A stretch of DNA of 64,000 nt from a virus. Its lineage: Duplodnaviria > Caudoviricetes. The translations under genes and the position numbers were made by a program. The stretch covers positions 195,864 through 259,863 of the IMG/VR virus record IMGVR_UViG_3300013947_000019, one strand, 5' to 3'. Under the pieces are notes generated by a model. That model was not told the DNA's origin, did not search any database, and saw only the letters and a list, made by a program, of their open reading frames with translations. Below, one piece after another: positions 10,423 to 20,105 of this stretch. Numbering within the stretch: position 1 is the first letter of the stretch; each line of letters begins with the position of its first letter.

Positions 10423-12752
10423 ATGGGATCTACTGGTTTACAGCTTGATCTGCTTGATATTGATAAGTTTATCCGTGTGAATGGACTACAGCCTGTGGGT
10501 AATCCAATTTTCTTAGATCGTAATATGCCTACTCGAGATGGTGTATTATCCTATGAAATTTTTGGTACTTCACAGGAAGAACGCAGAAATCGTTTTGCCT
10601 ATATTGATCTCCACCAGCATTATATGCATCCACTTGCTGCTACGAAGTTAAGTGGGTATGACCGTACACTTAGTAAGGTATTATTCAGTCAGTCTGCTTA
10701 TATTCTGAAAGATGGTGCACTAATTGAAGACTATGAAAATGGTAGATCTGGTCCTGAATTTCTGTATGAAATTTGGGGTAAAGTAAAAGTCAGAGATAAG
10801 GATACAATTACGACTAAAGAATTAGAGAAATTCTTTAAACAGGATCGTAATCAATTATTTATTACAAAGTGGTTGGTGATCCCTGCATTCTATCGTGATC
10901 TGAATATGACAGATGATGGTAGTGGTTTAAAGAAGAGTTCATCTACTTTAAATAGTATGTATTCTTCCATTATCTCTTATGTGCAGACATTGAATACATA
11001 TAGTGATATTTCTCATTATGCACGTTTGACACAATCTCGTGTACAGACATTACTCTGTGATCTGTATGAGAAACTGATGGTAGAAACAGTAAAGGGTAAA
11101 CCTTCTAAGTTTGGTATGCTTAAGAGAAGTTTACAAGCAAAGAATGTTAACTATTCTTCTCGCTTAGTATTATCTTCTCCTATTTTACAGAAGTCATCCT
11201 ATGAAGATGTACAAGTGAAATTTGGTTCTGCTACTATCCCGTTGGCTTATACAATTACTTCTTTCTTACCATTTGTTGTCTATCAAATGAAGCAGTTCTT
11301 TGATAGTAACTTTATTCAGGGTGGTAAAGTTCCTGTTATGAATAGAAGTACAAGAAAGATTGAATATACTTCTTTCAAGAACTCTTATGACGAGACAGAG
11401 ATTACGAAATTTATTAATCTATATCTGAATGATCCTGGCTCTCGTTTTAATCCGATGATCACTCCAGAAGATACCAATGGTAATACTCACCAAATGGTAA
11501 TTGTGGGACGATTTGGAAAAGAAAACACCACGATCTCTCGTGGTGCTACATTAACTGATATATTGTATATCTGTACAGTAGAAGCTACAAAAGATAAACA
11601 TGTGTTTGTTACTCGATATCCTTTGGATAACTATAATGGTCAATGGCCAGGTCGAGTAAATGTTTCTTCTACTATTAAAACTACTCCAGCATTAATTGGT
11701 AATACTTTCTATCCTTTCTATCCGGTATGTGAAGGAGATCCAATGAATGCTTTTGTAGATACGCTTCAGTTCAGTAATACAATGATTGATAAAATGGGTG
11801 CGGACTTAACTGTATCAAATGTCATGGTCCGTGCGGTGAGTAATCCCGTAAGAATAAACCAGTGAACGACTAACAATCGGTGTTGGTATAATTCATTATA
11901 TCAGCTAACGGTATCACCTAGAATAACCCAGGGGTAGGACTTCCACCCACCTACCTATACCAAACTGGCGAATGCGGTGACTAAGAGAACCTGACTCCCT
12001 GGATTATCTAGGGACATATGGAAATACCGTGCTTGGAAATATACAGGAATGTATGTGGATGAGTGTAGAGACTAATTGTAGGATTACGGTTGTGGCTGTA
12101 ATTCGAAGTGCTGGTTCCCTGAATGTATAAGACTCCAGGGTAAAGAGATAGTCCACATAGAAGTATATTACATACCAGTCCATGGATGAAATACTTAATA
12201 ACCGTTGTCCATGTAAAATCTACCTTAATTGCGGGAATCCCTTAGAGCTTACTATCGCTACAACGTGACCGAAAGGTGAGCGTGAATGCTGGCATTTATC
12301 AACGTTCGCGGGTTGAGTGGAGACCATAAAAAGTATAGTAAGATTGGGTAACCATAGGTTCAAGTCCTATAGACGCAGCTAAATCTCCTAAGTCAATATT
12401 GATATGGAGACTGTTCAGAGACTACGGGTAGACTCATATAAACATATGAGATTGTATAGTCCAATCAATAGTGAAAACTGTTATAATAAAGATTCTCTGA
12501 TATTTGATGATCTTTATTAATTAGTCGGACGGTGATACGTGTAGCCTCAGAGGGGTATTTACCAAGGAAGCTAATGCTGAGGCTGAGCAGAGAATTAACT
12601 CTGTAGCATATTTATTAGATGTTGAAGGTAAGTTTATGCGCAGTATTGGTAAAGATTTTAACTTATGCCTATATAACCTTACCAGAACATATGATAATAA
12701 AGTTGATTTCTTACAAGATATCAATAAAGAAAAACCTAAGTATGTAATTTAA
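10423..12752 (+). CDS. rpoC: RNA polymerase beta' subunit (catalytic piece, probably virion RNAP); spliced join(10423..11806,12186..12187,12528..12752), 536 aa
   Basis: DGVLSYEIFG, GKPSKFGMLKRSLQAKNVNYSSR and RYP motifs; splicing restores MGADYDGDTC (NADFDGD equivalent); exon 3 is open for 74 codons to TAA 12750. Confidence 0.85.
11807..12185 (+). mobile_element. group I intron 1 (no ORF)
   Basis: P1 GCGGACU/GGUCCGU with U-G at 11806; P3 AACCAG/CUGGUU; P7 GACUA/UAGUC (R GUAGAGACUA, S GAGAUAGUCC); terminal G at 12185. Confidence 0.85.
12188..12527 (+). mobile_element. group I intron 2 (no ORF)
   Basis: P1 CAUGGAU/GUCCAUG; P AAUUGCGGGAA, Q GACGCAGC, R GUUCAGAGACUA, S GUAUAGUCC; P3 UCUACC/GGUAGA; P10 ACCGUU/GACGGU; terminal G at 12527. 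Confidence 0.88.
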
Positions 12753-12757
12753 ATGAA

Positions 12758-12795
12758 AAGAAATCCCCTCCTTGATTGGAGGGGATTATTCTTTA
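12758..12795. terminator. bidirectional terminator
   Basis: AATCCCCTCC-ttgatt-GGAGGGGATT between convergent genes. Confidence 0.75.
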
Positions 12796-12803
12796 TTAAA
12801 AAA

Positions 12804-14081
12804 TTATTTATGAAGACGTATACAGATTATACCAGAACCACCATCTCCTCCTCCCCCACGCTGACCATCATTTCCACCAAATCCTCCGCCACCACTATTA
12901 GCAGTACCATTTTTATTATCATAATTACCACCACCACCTTCACCACCATTACCCCAAACGGAAGAAGAACCAACATTTACAACTCCTCCGCCTCCACCAC
13001 CGGCATATAATTTTCCAGAGGATTCACTAAACTCACGAGTGGTGGAACCTTGTCCAGTACCTATTGGGTACGTATTGATATTTGGTTTTGGATCACTTGC
13101 TTTACCATCACTTCCGTCACTACCACCATCTCCACCAATTTTAAAATATTCTGATGTTATTGATCTACCCATTCCTTGGCCTCCACCAGATCCACCATTA
13201 CCTCCACATATTAATAATTTAAGTGATGATACGGTTCCGCCAGGGTTTAATTTATTTGATATTTTTCCACCATTAGCAGTTAAACCAAATCCAATAGTAT
13301 CTTCACCATTCATTGGAGCACAATAAGTACTATTATTATAGTTATAAGAGCCAGCTTTACCGCCTGCACCTATTATAATATTATAATCACCTGGAATAAT
13401 TTCAATTGATTTTGATGTTTTAGTATATCCACCAGCTCCGCCTCCTCCGCCACCATACGATGAGCTACTGCTATACCAACCACCACAACCACCGCTACCA
13501 CCACCAACAAGAAATACATCAATACAATATTGTGCAGATATAGTTAATATTCCACTAGTAAGAAACTCGATAACACCATCACTGCGATAATTTGAATTAC
13601 CAGTATACGTATAACTAATCATATTAGCATTATAGAATTTATCAGTTTTGTTAATATTAATATAGTTAGTTATACTATTATCATTATTAGAATAAGTAAT
13701 ACTATATGTATAGCCCACCTCAACAGGAACTATTCGATATGTTTCATTATTTTCTAATATAAAAGTTTTATTAATGGAACCGCCACTATAATTAATAGTC
13801 CATCCAGGTAATGCAGATATACATAATAGTGCTATTCCAGTATCAGGCATAGAAGAAATATTACCAATATTATCAGCCATAGTTTGGAAAGTCGCATCAG
13901 ATGCAGTGCTAACACCCTTGTCAGTAATCGCACTAGCTATAAGCGACTTTCCATTACTGACAGATGTTTTTAAATCACTGATATCAGATGGATCATATGA
14001 TTGAATTATATTATTTATTCCTTTGTAAAAAAGGATACTTTTACCAACAGCAATCTGGCCGGATTTCAGAAAATCGGACAA
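12804..14081 (-). CDS. tail fibre / receptor-binding cassette 1 (Gly-rich C-terminal domain); no credible own start
   Basis: Shared module LKTSVSNGKSLIASAITDKGVSTASD; Gly-rich tip; TTG start lies in a terminator T tract. Confidence 0.65.
   Translation of the reverse strand: MSDFLKSGQIAVGKSILFYKGINNIIQSYDPSDISDLKTSVSNGKSLIASAITDKGVSTASDATFQTMADNIGNISSMPDTGIALLCISALPGWTINYSGGSINKTFILENNETYRIVPVEVGYTYSITYSNNDNSITNYININKTDKFYNANMISYTYTGNSNYRSDGVIEFLTSGILTISAQYCIDVFLVGGGSGGCGGWYSSSSSYGGGGGGAGGYTKTSKSIEIIPGDYNIIIGAGGKAGSYNYNNSTYCAPMNGEDTIGFGLTANGGKISNKLNPGGTVSSLKLLICGGNGGSGGGQGMGRSITSEYFKIGGDGGSDGSDGKASDPKPNINTYPIGTGQGSTTREFSESSGKLYAGGGGGGVVNVGSSSVWGNGGEGGGGNYDNKNGTANSGGGGFGGNDGQRGGGGDGGSGIICIRLHK
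14055..14079. repeat. 25-bp cassette-start site, copy 1
   Basis: CTGGCCGGATTTCAGAAAATCGGAC. Confidence 0.8.
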
Positions 14082-14120
14082 AAGAAGAACCCCACTCCAA
14101 ACTAAGGAGTGGGGATTTAT

Positions 14121-15728
14121 TTAAATATCTGTAACTACACCATCTTTAATGATAGCAGCATCTTGCTTATGAAAACCATCTGCAGCTTGATAATATACAT
14201 CATCAATACCATAATTTAGAGTAACCAGATCACTAGAGTACATATTGGTAATATGATTACCAGTTGTTGTAGGTTGACAAATAATAGTACCAGTATTATA
14301 GGTATTAGATTGGATAGTATATTTAGAAACTGCCATTTTATATCTACTAGAACTACTATCATAAGCACCTAATATATAAAAAATATTATCCTTTTGACAA
14401 TATCCAAAACTAAAATTCAATTTAATAAAAGGATATGTAATATTGGTATCAATAACATTTTTAATTACTGATGACGTACTAGTAGGAATATCATATACTA
14501 CGATATCAGTAAGATTACTTTTGTCTTCAGTATTAGCTGTTGTACCAATATAAAATACTTTACCATTAAAATTACATACCGCTATTGGACATTGTGCTAT
14601 AGTATATTCCTTAGGATATATAGTATAATCAGGAATAGTATAATTTTTATTAGTAATATCATACGTAAATAATAATTTCTCTTTAACGAAATAGTATAAA
14701 GTATTATTATAATAAACAAGTTTAGCTACTCTTGTATTATAAGAAAAACTATCTGAACTTAAACTTAGTGGATAATTCAAAATATCAACACTTATTAATT
14801 GTGTCATCCACATTGTTGAAGCCGTAGTATCGGTAGTTAATGTTGTCAAATCTAAAGAATATATACGAATTTGTTTAATTGATGTTGAATATTCATAAAT
14901 AGCACTTACATAAAGAATATTATTAATTACAGTACTAGCAATATAACGTAAAGAACCATTACTAAAACTAACTCGTGGATTACTATATTTTGGTAAACCA
15001 GTGTTAATATTTATATTTGTATATATAAGACTATTATCAGTAGCTGTATATTTAGCAAAGAATAGTGTATCATCATATATAAATGATGTATTAGAACTAA
15101 AATCTGCATTATAATATTTAGTCGTACTAGTGGTATCTATAGTAGCAGTATTGGTATCAGTATCTATACAATATAACCATGGTGCAGACCCATTACTGGT
15201 ATTACCAACTCGCCAACAATATAGTTTACCATCTGAGGATACGCCGGTAATATAGTTTGAATAACTGGATTCAACTGTTTTATCATATGTTATTGGTAGA
15301 CGTGATACAATACCATCTTCTAAATAATAATCTTCTTTAATTAAAATATTACTAACTTCACTTCTATTCCTTTTAATCCATAATCCATTCTGAGCAGTTG
15401 GTTGAGATATAGAACAGTAGATATTCATTTCACCCACTGTACCACTGGCTTGTGTATTAATATTACGGATATTAGTTGCCATATCATCAAAGCTATCTGT
15501 AGAAGCAGTGGACACACCCTTATCTGTAATAGCTTCTGATATAATTTCCTTACCATATTTTACTAACTCATTATTCATATCACTATAATCTCCTACGTCT
15601 GATTTAAGAGCATAGTTATCTGGATCAATTGTACGACTTGTTCCATCAGTTCCTTTATATAAAAGCTTTGTACTACCTGTCACAAGCTGGCCGGAACTCA
15701 GAAAATCCGACCATTTAGAAAAATACAT
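14121..15728 (-). CDS. tail fibre / receptor-binding cassette 2 (beta-propeller/Kelch-like)
   Basis: GKEIISEAITDKGVSTASTDSF module; SQPTAQNGLWIK; the ATG abuts the terminator stem. Confidence 0.65.
   Translation of the reverse strand: MYFSKWSDFLSSGQLVTGSTKLLYKGTDGTSRTIDPDNYALKSDVGDYSDMNNELVKYGKEIISEAITDKGVSTASTDSFDDMATNIRNINTQASGTVGEMNIYCSISQPTAQNGLWIKRNRSEVSNILIKEDYYLEDGIVSRLPITYDKTVESSYSNYITGVSSDGKLYCWRVGNTSNGSAPWLYCIDTDTNTATIDTTSTTKYYNADFSSNTSFIYDDTLFFAKYTATDNSLIYTNININTGLPKYSNPRVSFSNGSLRYIASTVINNILYVSAIYEYSTSIKQIRIYSLDLTTLTTDTTASTMWMTQLISVDILNYPLSLSSDSFSYNTRVAKLVYYNNTLYYFVKEKLLFTYDITNKNYTIPDYTIYPKEYTIAQCPIAVCNFNGKVFYIGTTANTEDKSNLTDIVVYDIPTSTSSVIKNVIDTNITYPFIKLNFSFGYCQKDNIFYILGAYDSSSSRYKMAVSKYTIQSNTYNTGTIICQPTTTGNHITNMYSSDLVTLNYGIDDVYYQAADGFHKQDAAIIKDGVVTDI
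15687..15711. repeat. 25-bp cassette-start site, copy 2
   Basis: CTGGCCGGAACTCAGAAAATCCGAC. Confidence 0.8.
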
Positions 15729-15758
15729 CTCCTCCCTTATTTGGGAGGAGATTAATCT

Positions 15759-16022
15759 TTATTTCTTTGTAAAACTATATGGATACTTACCTGAATGATC
15801 TTTAGTATAATCATTTGTATCAGGATCCAAAACATAAATATCATAGAACCAATACATTTTATCATTTACAGCTTTCTTTGCTGTATGGATGGAATACTTC
15901 TTAATTCCATCTTTTGTTACTTCTGCTTTATAACGCTTTTTACCATCAACCTTGACAAACTCAAAGCCTGGTTCAGCATCAGCAAGCATAGCCTGCATCT
16001 TCTTCACCGGGAATAAGAACAT
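15759..16022 (-). CDS. hypothetical protein
   Basis: 87 aa, SD AAAGGAG, late-type motif at 16061-16073. Confidence 0.7.
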   Translation of the reverse strand: MFLFPVKKMQAMLADAEPGFEFVKVDGKKRYKAEVTKDGIKKYSIHTAKKAVNDKMYWFYDIYVLDPDTNDYTKDHSGKYPYSFTKK

Positions 16023-16120
16023 ATCTCAATCTCCTTTCATTCAGTATTGGTACACTAACTCTATATAAATGTTCTACATAAATATAATACCCAGATATAT
16101 GAAGGGAGTGTTTATATAAT

Positions 16121-16360
16121 ATGAGTGCTAATGCCGAATTGGTCGAGATTGGGAATTGTCCTCCTGGTGCTCGTGGTAGTTTAACAGAAGATGCGATCAA
16201 ATGGATGAAAGATAACGGACATTGGCCTGAAGATGATCCTGGAACAGGTGGTACTGGAGGCGGAAGTGGCGAAGGTTCTGGTGGTAGTAACAGCAATCAT
16301 GTATGTGAACCCGATTATGAACTGAAGCATCCGAAAAAAAATTTCCCTTTTTGGATTTGA
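16121..16360 (+). CDS. hypothetical protein (Gly-rich linker)
   Basis: 79 aa, SD AAGGGAG, terminator downstream. Confidence 0.55.
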   Translation: MSANAELVEIGNCPPGARGSLTEDAIKWMKDNGHWPEDDPGTGGTGGGSGEGSGGSNSNHVCEPDYELKHPKKNFPFWI

Positions 16361-16407
16361 TTCAACCAATAGAAATCCCCACCCTATAATGGGTGGGGAC
16401 TATTTCT

Positions 16408-16641
16408 TTATTCTGAAACAGAATTTAACTTAGCAAGATATGCTTCTAAGCACTCCTCTGGAGTATCAAATTCTTTTTCTAGCATATCTTCGATAGTCAT
16501 AACTTTATTAATTTCAGTAATATAACCACGCTTTCCTATGCAAATAACATCATCATTTTCATAATGAAAATTCTTAATGGCTAAAGCAATTCTTTCATCA
16601 GAAGCAGTCTCTCCAACCTTAATAACATAGCCCATAAACAT
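16408..16641 (-). CDS. small protein following cassette 3 (possible fibre chaperone)
   Basis: SD GGGAGG; directly downstream of a fibre gene. Confidence 0.5.
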   Translation of the reverse strand: MFMGYVIKVGETASDERIALAIKNFHYENDDVICIGKRGYITEINKVMTIEDMLEKEFDTPEECLEAYLAKLNSVSE

Positions 16642-16655
16642 AATTCAATTCCTCC

Positions 16656-18161
16656 CTAAATATCTTTAATAATATTACCATTTTTAATGATTGCACCAGA
16701 TATTTTCTTAAATCCATCATTAGATTGATAATATATATCACTAATTCCAAGATTTAAACTAGCTGCAGAATCATTATATACCTCAGTGTTATCATATATT
16801 GTTGGCATACAATATACATTATTATTATCATATAAATGTGTGTCTAAATGATATTCAGTTATATATTTAACACCTGTATAGCTACTTTGGCTATTTACAT
16901 ATGCTCCACCACCAATATATAATACCCCATCTACATAACTATTTACAGCACCATATGCTTGACTTCTTGCTTGTGAACTTGGAAGTGTTAGATTAGAATA
17001 TGTATATATTTCAGTATTCAAATCAAATATACTAATTCGTTTAGCCTCGTTATAAAAAGCATTCGTGGTATCAGCAGAGCTCTTTGTTCCTATATTATAT
17101 ATATAATTAAATAATTTAAACCAACATACCGAACTATAACTGTATTTATCAGATAATGGTATTACTGGACTACAAAGTGTTATTATTTTTGATGATATAT
17201 CTATCTTTCCAAAAATGTAAATTGAATCTTTTAATAAATATATTTTATTATCATATATAAATAATGATGTTGGTGTTGTAGCATCTCGGCAATTTACACT
17301 AATAAAATTAGTATATGTATCACTGATTAAATCGTATTTATCAATCACTATTTTATTATTACTACTACCAGAACTATTATAAATATAATCTTTACTATAT
17401 ACAAAGTTGCCTTCTTTCCAAGTCCCTTGTATATCATTTCCTCTAGCAGTTGAAAATTGTTTAGTAGTATATGTATTTGTATTAGGATCCAATATAATAA
17501 AATCATTCTTATGATAATATGTATATTCATTATTACATACAGTAACATGCTGATATAACTTATTATCATATACAAAAGATGGATTATTATTGTTACCTAC
17601 TGTGCGAAAGTTTCCAGGTGAAATATTATTAACTGTAGTAATTATTTTTGTTTTTGTATCATATATAAATCCAGTATTTCTAGTAGTAAATCCATATGAA
17701 CTCCCTAGATATCCTGAATTTACATAAAATAATCCATTAATATAACCACCCCAACAACCCATACAATTCTCTGGTAATAGATTATTAATGGCTTCAATCG
17801 TTCCATCAGGAATATAATAATCAGGTTGAATATTGATCTTATTTACTTCAGCTGAATTCTTTTTAATCCATATACCATTTTGTATATTAGGTTGAGAGTC
17901 AGAACAAACAATATTCAAAATACCACCTATTTCAATTTTTCTGATATTATTACTCATAGTAGTAAAACTATCAGATGCAGCGGTTGGAACTCCCTTGTCA
18001 GTTACCGCTGCGGCAATTAAACTTTTGCCATTACTGACAGAGGATTTTAAATTATTTATTTCAGTATTAAGAGTATCTATACTATCTTGGCTAGCTAATT
18101 GTATTGTAGAACTATTAAGTCTCAGGAAACCCTTATTTAGGCCAGTACAGAGCTGGCCCAA
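16656..18161 (-). CDS. tail fibre / receptor-binding cassette 3 (Kelch-like); no credible own start
   Basis: LKSSVSNGKSLIAAAVTDKGVPTAASDSF; SQPNIQNGIWIK; C-terminus paralogous to cassette 2 (AIIKNG/AIIKDG). Confidence 0.65.
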   Translation of the reverse strand: MGQLCTGLNKGFLRLNSSTIQLASQDSIDTLNTEINNLKSSVSNGKSLIAAAVTDKGVPTAASDSFTTMSNNIRKIEIGGILNIVCSDSQPNIQNGIWIKKNSAEVNKINIQPDYYIPDGTIEAINNLLPENCMGCWGGYINGLFYVNSGYLGSSYGFTTRNTGFIYDTKTKIITTVNNISPGNFRTVGNNNNPSFVYDNKLYQHVTVCNNEYTYYHKNDFIILDPNTNTYTTKQFSTARGNDIQGTWKEGNFVYSKDYIYNSSGSSNNKIVIDKYDLISDTYTNFISVNCRDATTPTSLFIYDNKIYLLKDSIYIFGKIDISSKIITLCSPVIPLSDKYSYSSVCWFKLFNYIYNIGTKSSADTTNAFYNEAKRISIFDLNTEIYTYSNLTLPSSQARSQAYGAVNSYVDGVLYIGGGAYVNSQSSYTGVKYITEYHLDTHLYDNNNVYCMPTIYDNTEVYNDSAASLNLGISDIYYQSNDGFKKISGAIIKNGNIIKDI

Positions 18162-18177
18162 CTTCAGAAAATCCGGC
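18153..18177. repeat. 25-bp cassette-start site, copy 3
   Basis: CTGGCCCAACTTCAGAAAATCCGGC. Confidence 0.75.
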
Positions 18178-18236
18178 CTAGGGTAAAATATTAAAAAGAC
18201 AAAAATTCCCTCCCAATTAAGGGAGGGAATATATTT

Positions 18237-18317
18237 TTACTCTTTATTTGAAGATAACAGAGCAGCAGTAAAGAAACCTACAATACCACCGATAATCATA
18301 CCAATGATAAAATTCAT
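18237..18317 (-). CDS. 26-aa single-TM peptide
   Basis: MNFIIGMIIGGIVGFFTAALLSSNKE, starts right after the dps-like stop. Confidence 0.5.
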   Translation of the reverse strand: MNFIIGMIIGGIVGFFTAALLSSNKE

Positions 18318-18318
18318 A

Positions 18319-19011
18319 TTACTCATCCTCCATTGGTTCAATCATGGAAGGTTCAGCTTCACTATCTTCCATTTTCTCACCACCATTATCCAGAGGCTCA
18401 GCATCAGAATCATCTGTATCATATGCGACATCAGCATCAGTGGGCTGCTCTTCATTCAGAAGCTTATTTTCTACATTATGATCCTGAGCAATTACCGGAT
18501 TCTCTGCAGGAGGGATTACTTCTACGTCCTCAGTCTGACTATTAGCTTCAGCCGTAGCTTCAGGAGAACTAACTCCAACAGTACGACCAAGTTTATACAA
18601 ACCTTCAATACGGAACCACTTTGCATGACCCATGAAGATATCCTGTACATCTGTAGGAAGTGAAGCATCTACTGCAAGATGAGCAGCAAAATCATACAGT
18701 TCCTTAAACATCTTGTAAGTAGTATCATCTGCAATCTTACTGGTATAGTCCAGTTCCGGATTCATGATAGTAGCATTAACACCAGTATCCTTACCAAGAT
18801 GCATCAGAGTATTGCTGATATTCATAGGAATATGACCCATGGTAATCATAATCTCAGCAGTCTCATCCATCATCTTACTAATCTTCTCATAATACATAGC
18901 ATAACGAGGATGAACTACATCAAAATCATTGCCCTTCAGCTTCCAATGAATAACTCGCATATTGTTCTCTGTCAACGTTAACAGAGCATGATATGTTTCA
19001 AACGTAGCCAT
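18319..19011 (-). CDS. dps: Dps/ferritin-like protein with acidic C-terminal tail
   Basis: IHWKLKGNDFDVVH...YYE....MDETAE matches the Dps ferroxidase signature HWxxxGxxFxxxH...D..AE. Confidence 0.75.
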   Translation of the reverse strand: MATFETYHALLTLTENNMRVIHWKLKGNDFDVVHPRYAMYYEKISKMMDETAEIMITMGHIPMNISNTLMHLGKDTGVNATIMNPELDYTSKIADDTTYKMFKELYDFAAHLAVDASLPTDVQDIFMGHAKWFRIEGLYKLGRTVGVSSPEATAEANSQTEDVEVIPPAENPVIAQDHNVENKLLNEEQPTDADVAYDTDDSDAEPLDNGGEKMEDSEAEPSMIEPMEDE

Positions 19012-19197
19012 AATTTATATTCTCCTTTCAAATATAAAAGTCCTACATTATACCTATGTCAAACTTATTATTTTATACATAAAAAGAAGAATATAAAGGA
19101 GACCCGAGTATGTACCCGGGTCTCCATATATTACAGATATTCTACAACACTATATTGTTCTGAACACCCTTATTTAATAGGTTTAAACTATTAAATA

Positions 19198-20088
19198 TTA
19201 ATAGGCGTTACCAGTAACCTGCCAGGTAGGAGTACCAATCTCCTTATCTGTCATGTCCTTAAATCTCTTGTAATACTGCATACGCTGACCCAGCAGCTGC
19301 TTAGCCTTATAGACAACAGAAGCATTATTGGAGTCGGGCATATACACACCAGAGAACTGGACAGTCTTGGGCTCGGCAATATTGATATCACCATTGGTCC
19401 AATCCAGATCACTACGAGAAACGCTGGTAGCAATACAGGAGTTCCACAGAGAGATATCCTGAATACGCAGCATCGTCTGGTCAGTCTGGACAACCATAAT
19501 AGCGAACGTATAGTTCGGCAGAGAAGGATCCATCAGGGAACCATCAGCATTCAGTGCACCATGCAGCATAGTAGCCTTAACATTGGCATCGCTGATACCA
19601 TTGATATAGTACTCCAGAGCACGACGCAGGGGCTCACCACGAGTCTCCAAGCAGTTGATCTGGAACGTCGTAGCCTCGTAAGCAGAGGTCAGAGGAGCAG
19701 CATAGTTGCGCTCAGCAAAACCAGTGTTCACGTTGGTCGTGTTCAGCTCCAGGTCAGGCGTACCACTATAAGAAGTAGAGCCCAGCTCCAGCAGAGCCTT
19801 CAGGTTCTTGCAGTGCATCTGAGCAACAGCAACAGAATCAGAGTCATAACCAGAGATAACGTTACCATTAGCAATAGCCGTCATGAAGGCAGGCATACGC
19901 AGCACAAAGATGTGCGAATAGCCGGTGTAAGACGGATCAAGCTCACGCAGACGATCCTTGGAGAAGGACATCGTACCACGAATCAGCTGGGACTCGGCAT
20001 CATAGGGCATAGACTGAGAGATACGACTACCCAGACTCAGAGCACCATTATTATCCAGCGCATACAGCGGATTGGGATTCATTTCCAT
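19198..20088 (-). CDS. tail tube protein
   Basis: Immediately downstream of sheath; high-expression codon bias; size and beta-rich pattern. Confidence 0.65.
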   Translation of the reverse strand: MEMNPNPLYALDNNGALSLGSRISQSMPYDAESQLIRGTMSFSKDRLRELDPSYTGYSHIFVLRMPAFMTAIANGNVISGYDSDSVAVAQMHCKNLKALLELGSTSYSGTPDLELNTTNVNTGFAERNYAAPLTSAYEATTFQINCLETRGEPLRRALEYYINGISDANVKATMLHGALNADGSLMDPSLPNYTFAIMVVQTDQTMLRIQDISLWNSCIATSVSRSDLDWTNGDINIAEPKTVQFSGVYMPDSNNASVVYKAKQLLGQRMQYYKRFKDMTDKEIGTPTWQVTGNAY

Positions 20089-20105
20089 ATTCTTACACCT
20101 CCTTC

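Noticed and set aside
11807-11865. C-terminus LTVSNVMVRAVSNPVRINQ of ORF 10423-11865, or an intein
   Set aside because: Read-through into intron 1; stop codons and group I core elements exclude an intein.
12804-18161. Diversity-generating retroelement acting on the fibre genes
   Set aside because: No reverse transcriptase and no TR/VR pair differing at adenines in the window.
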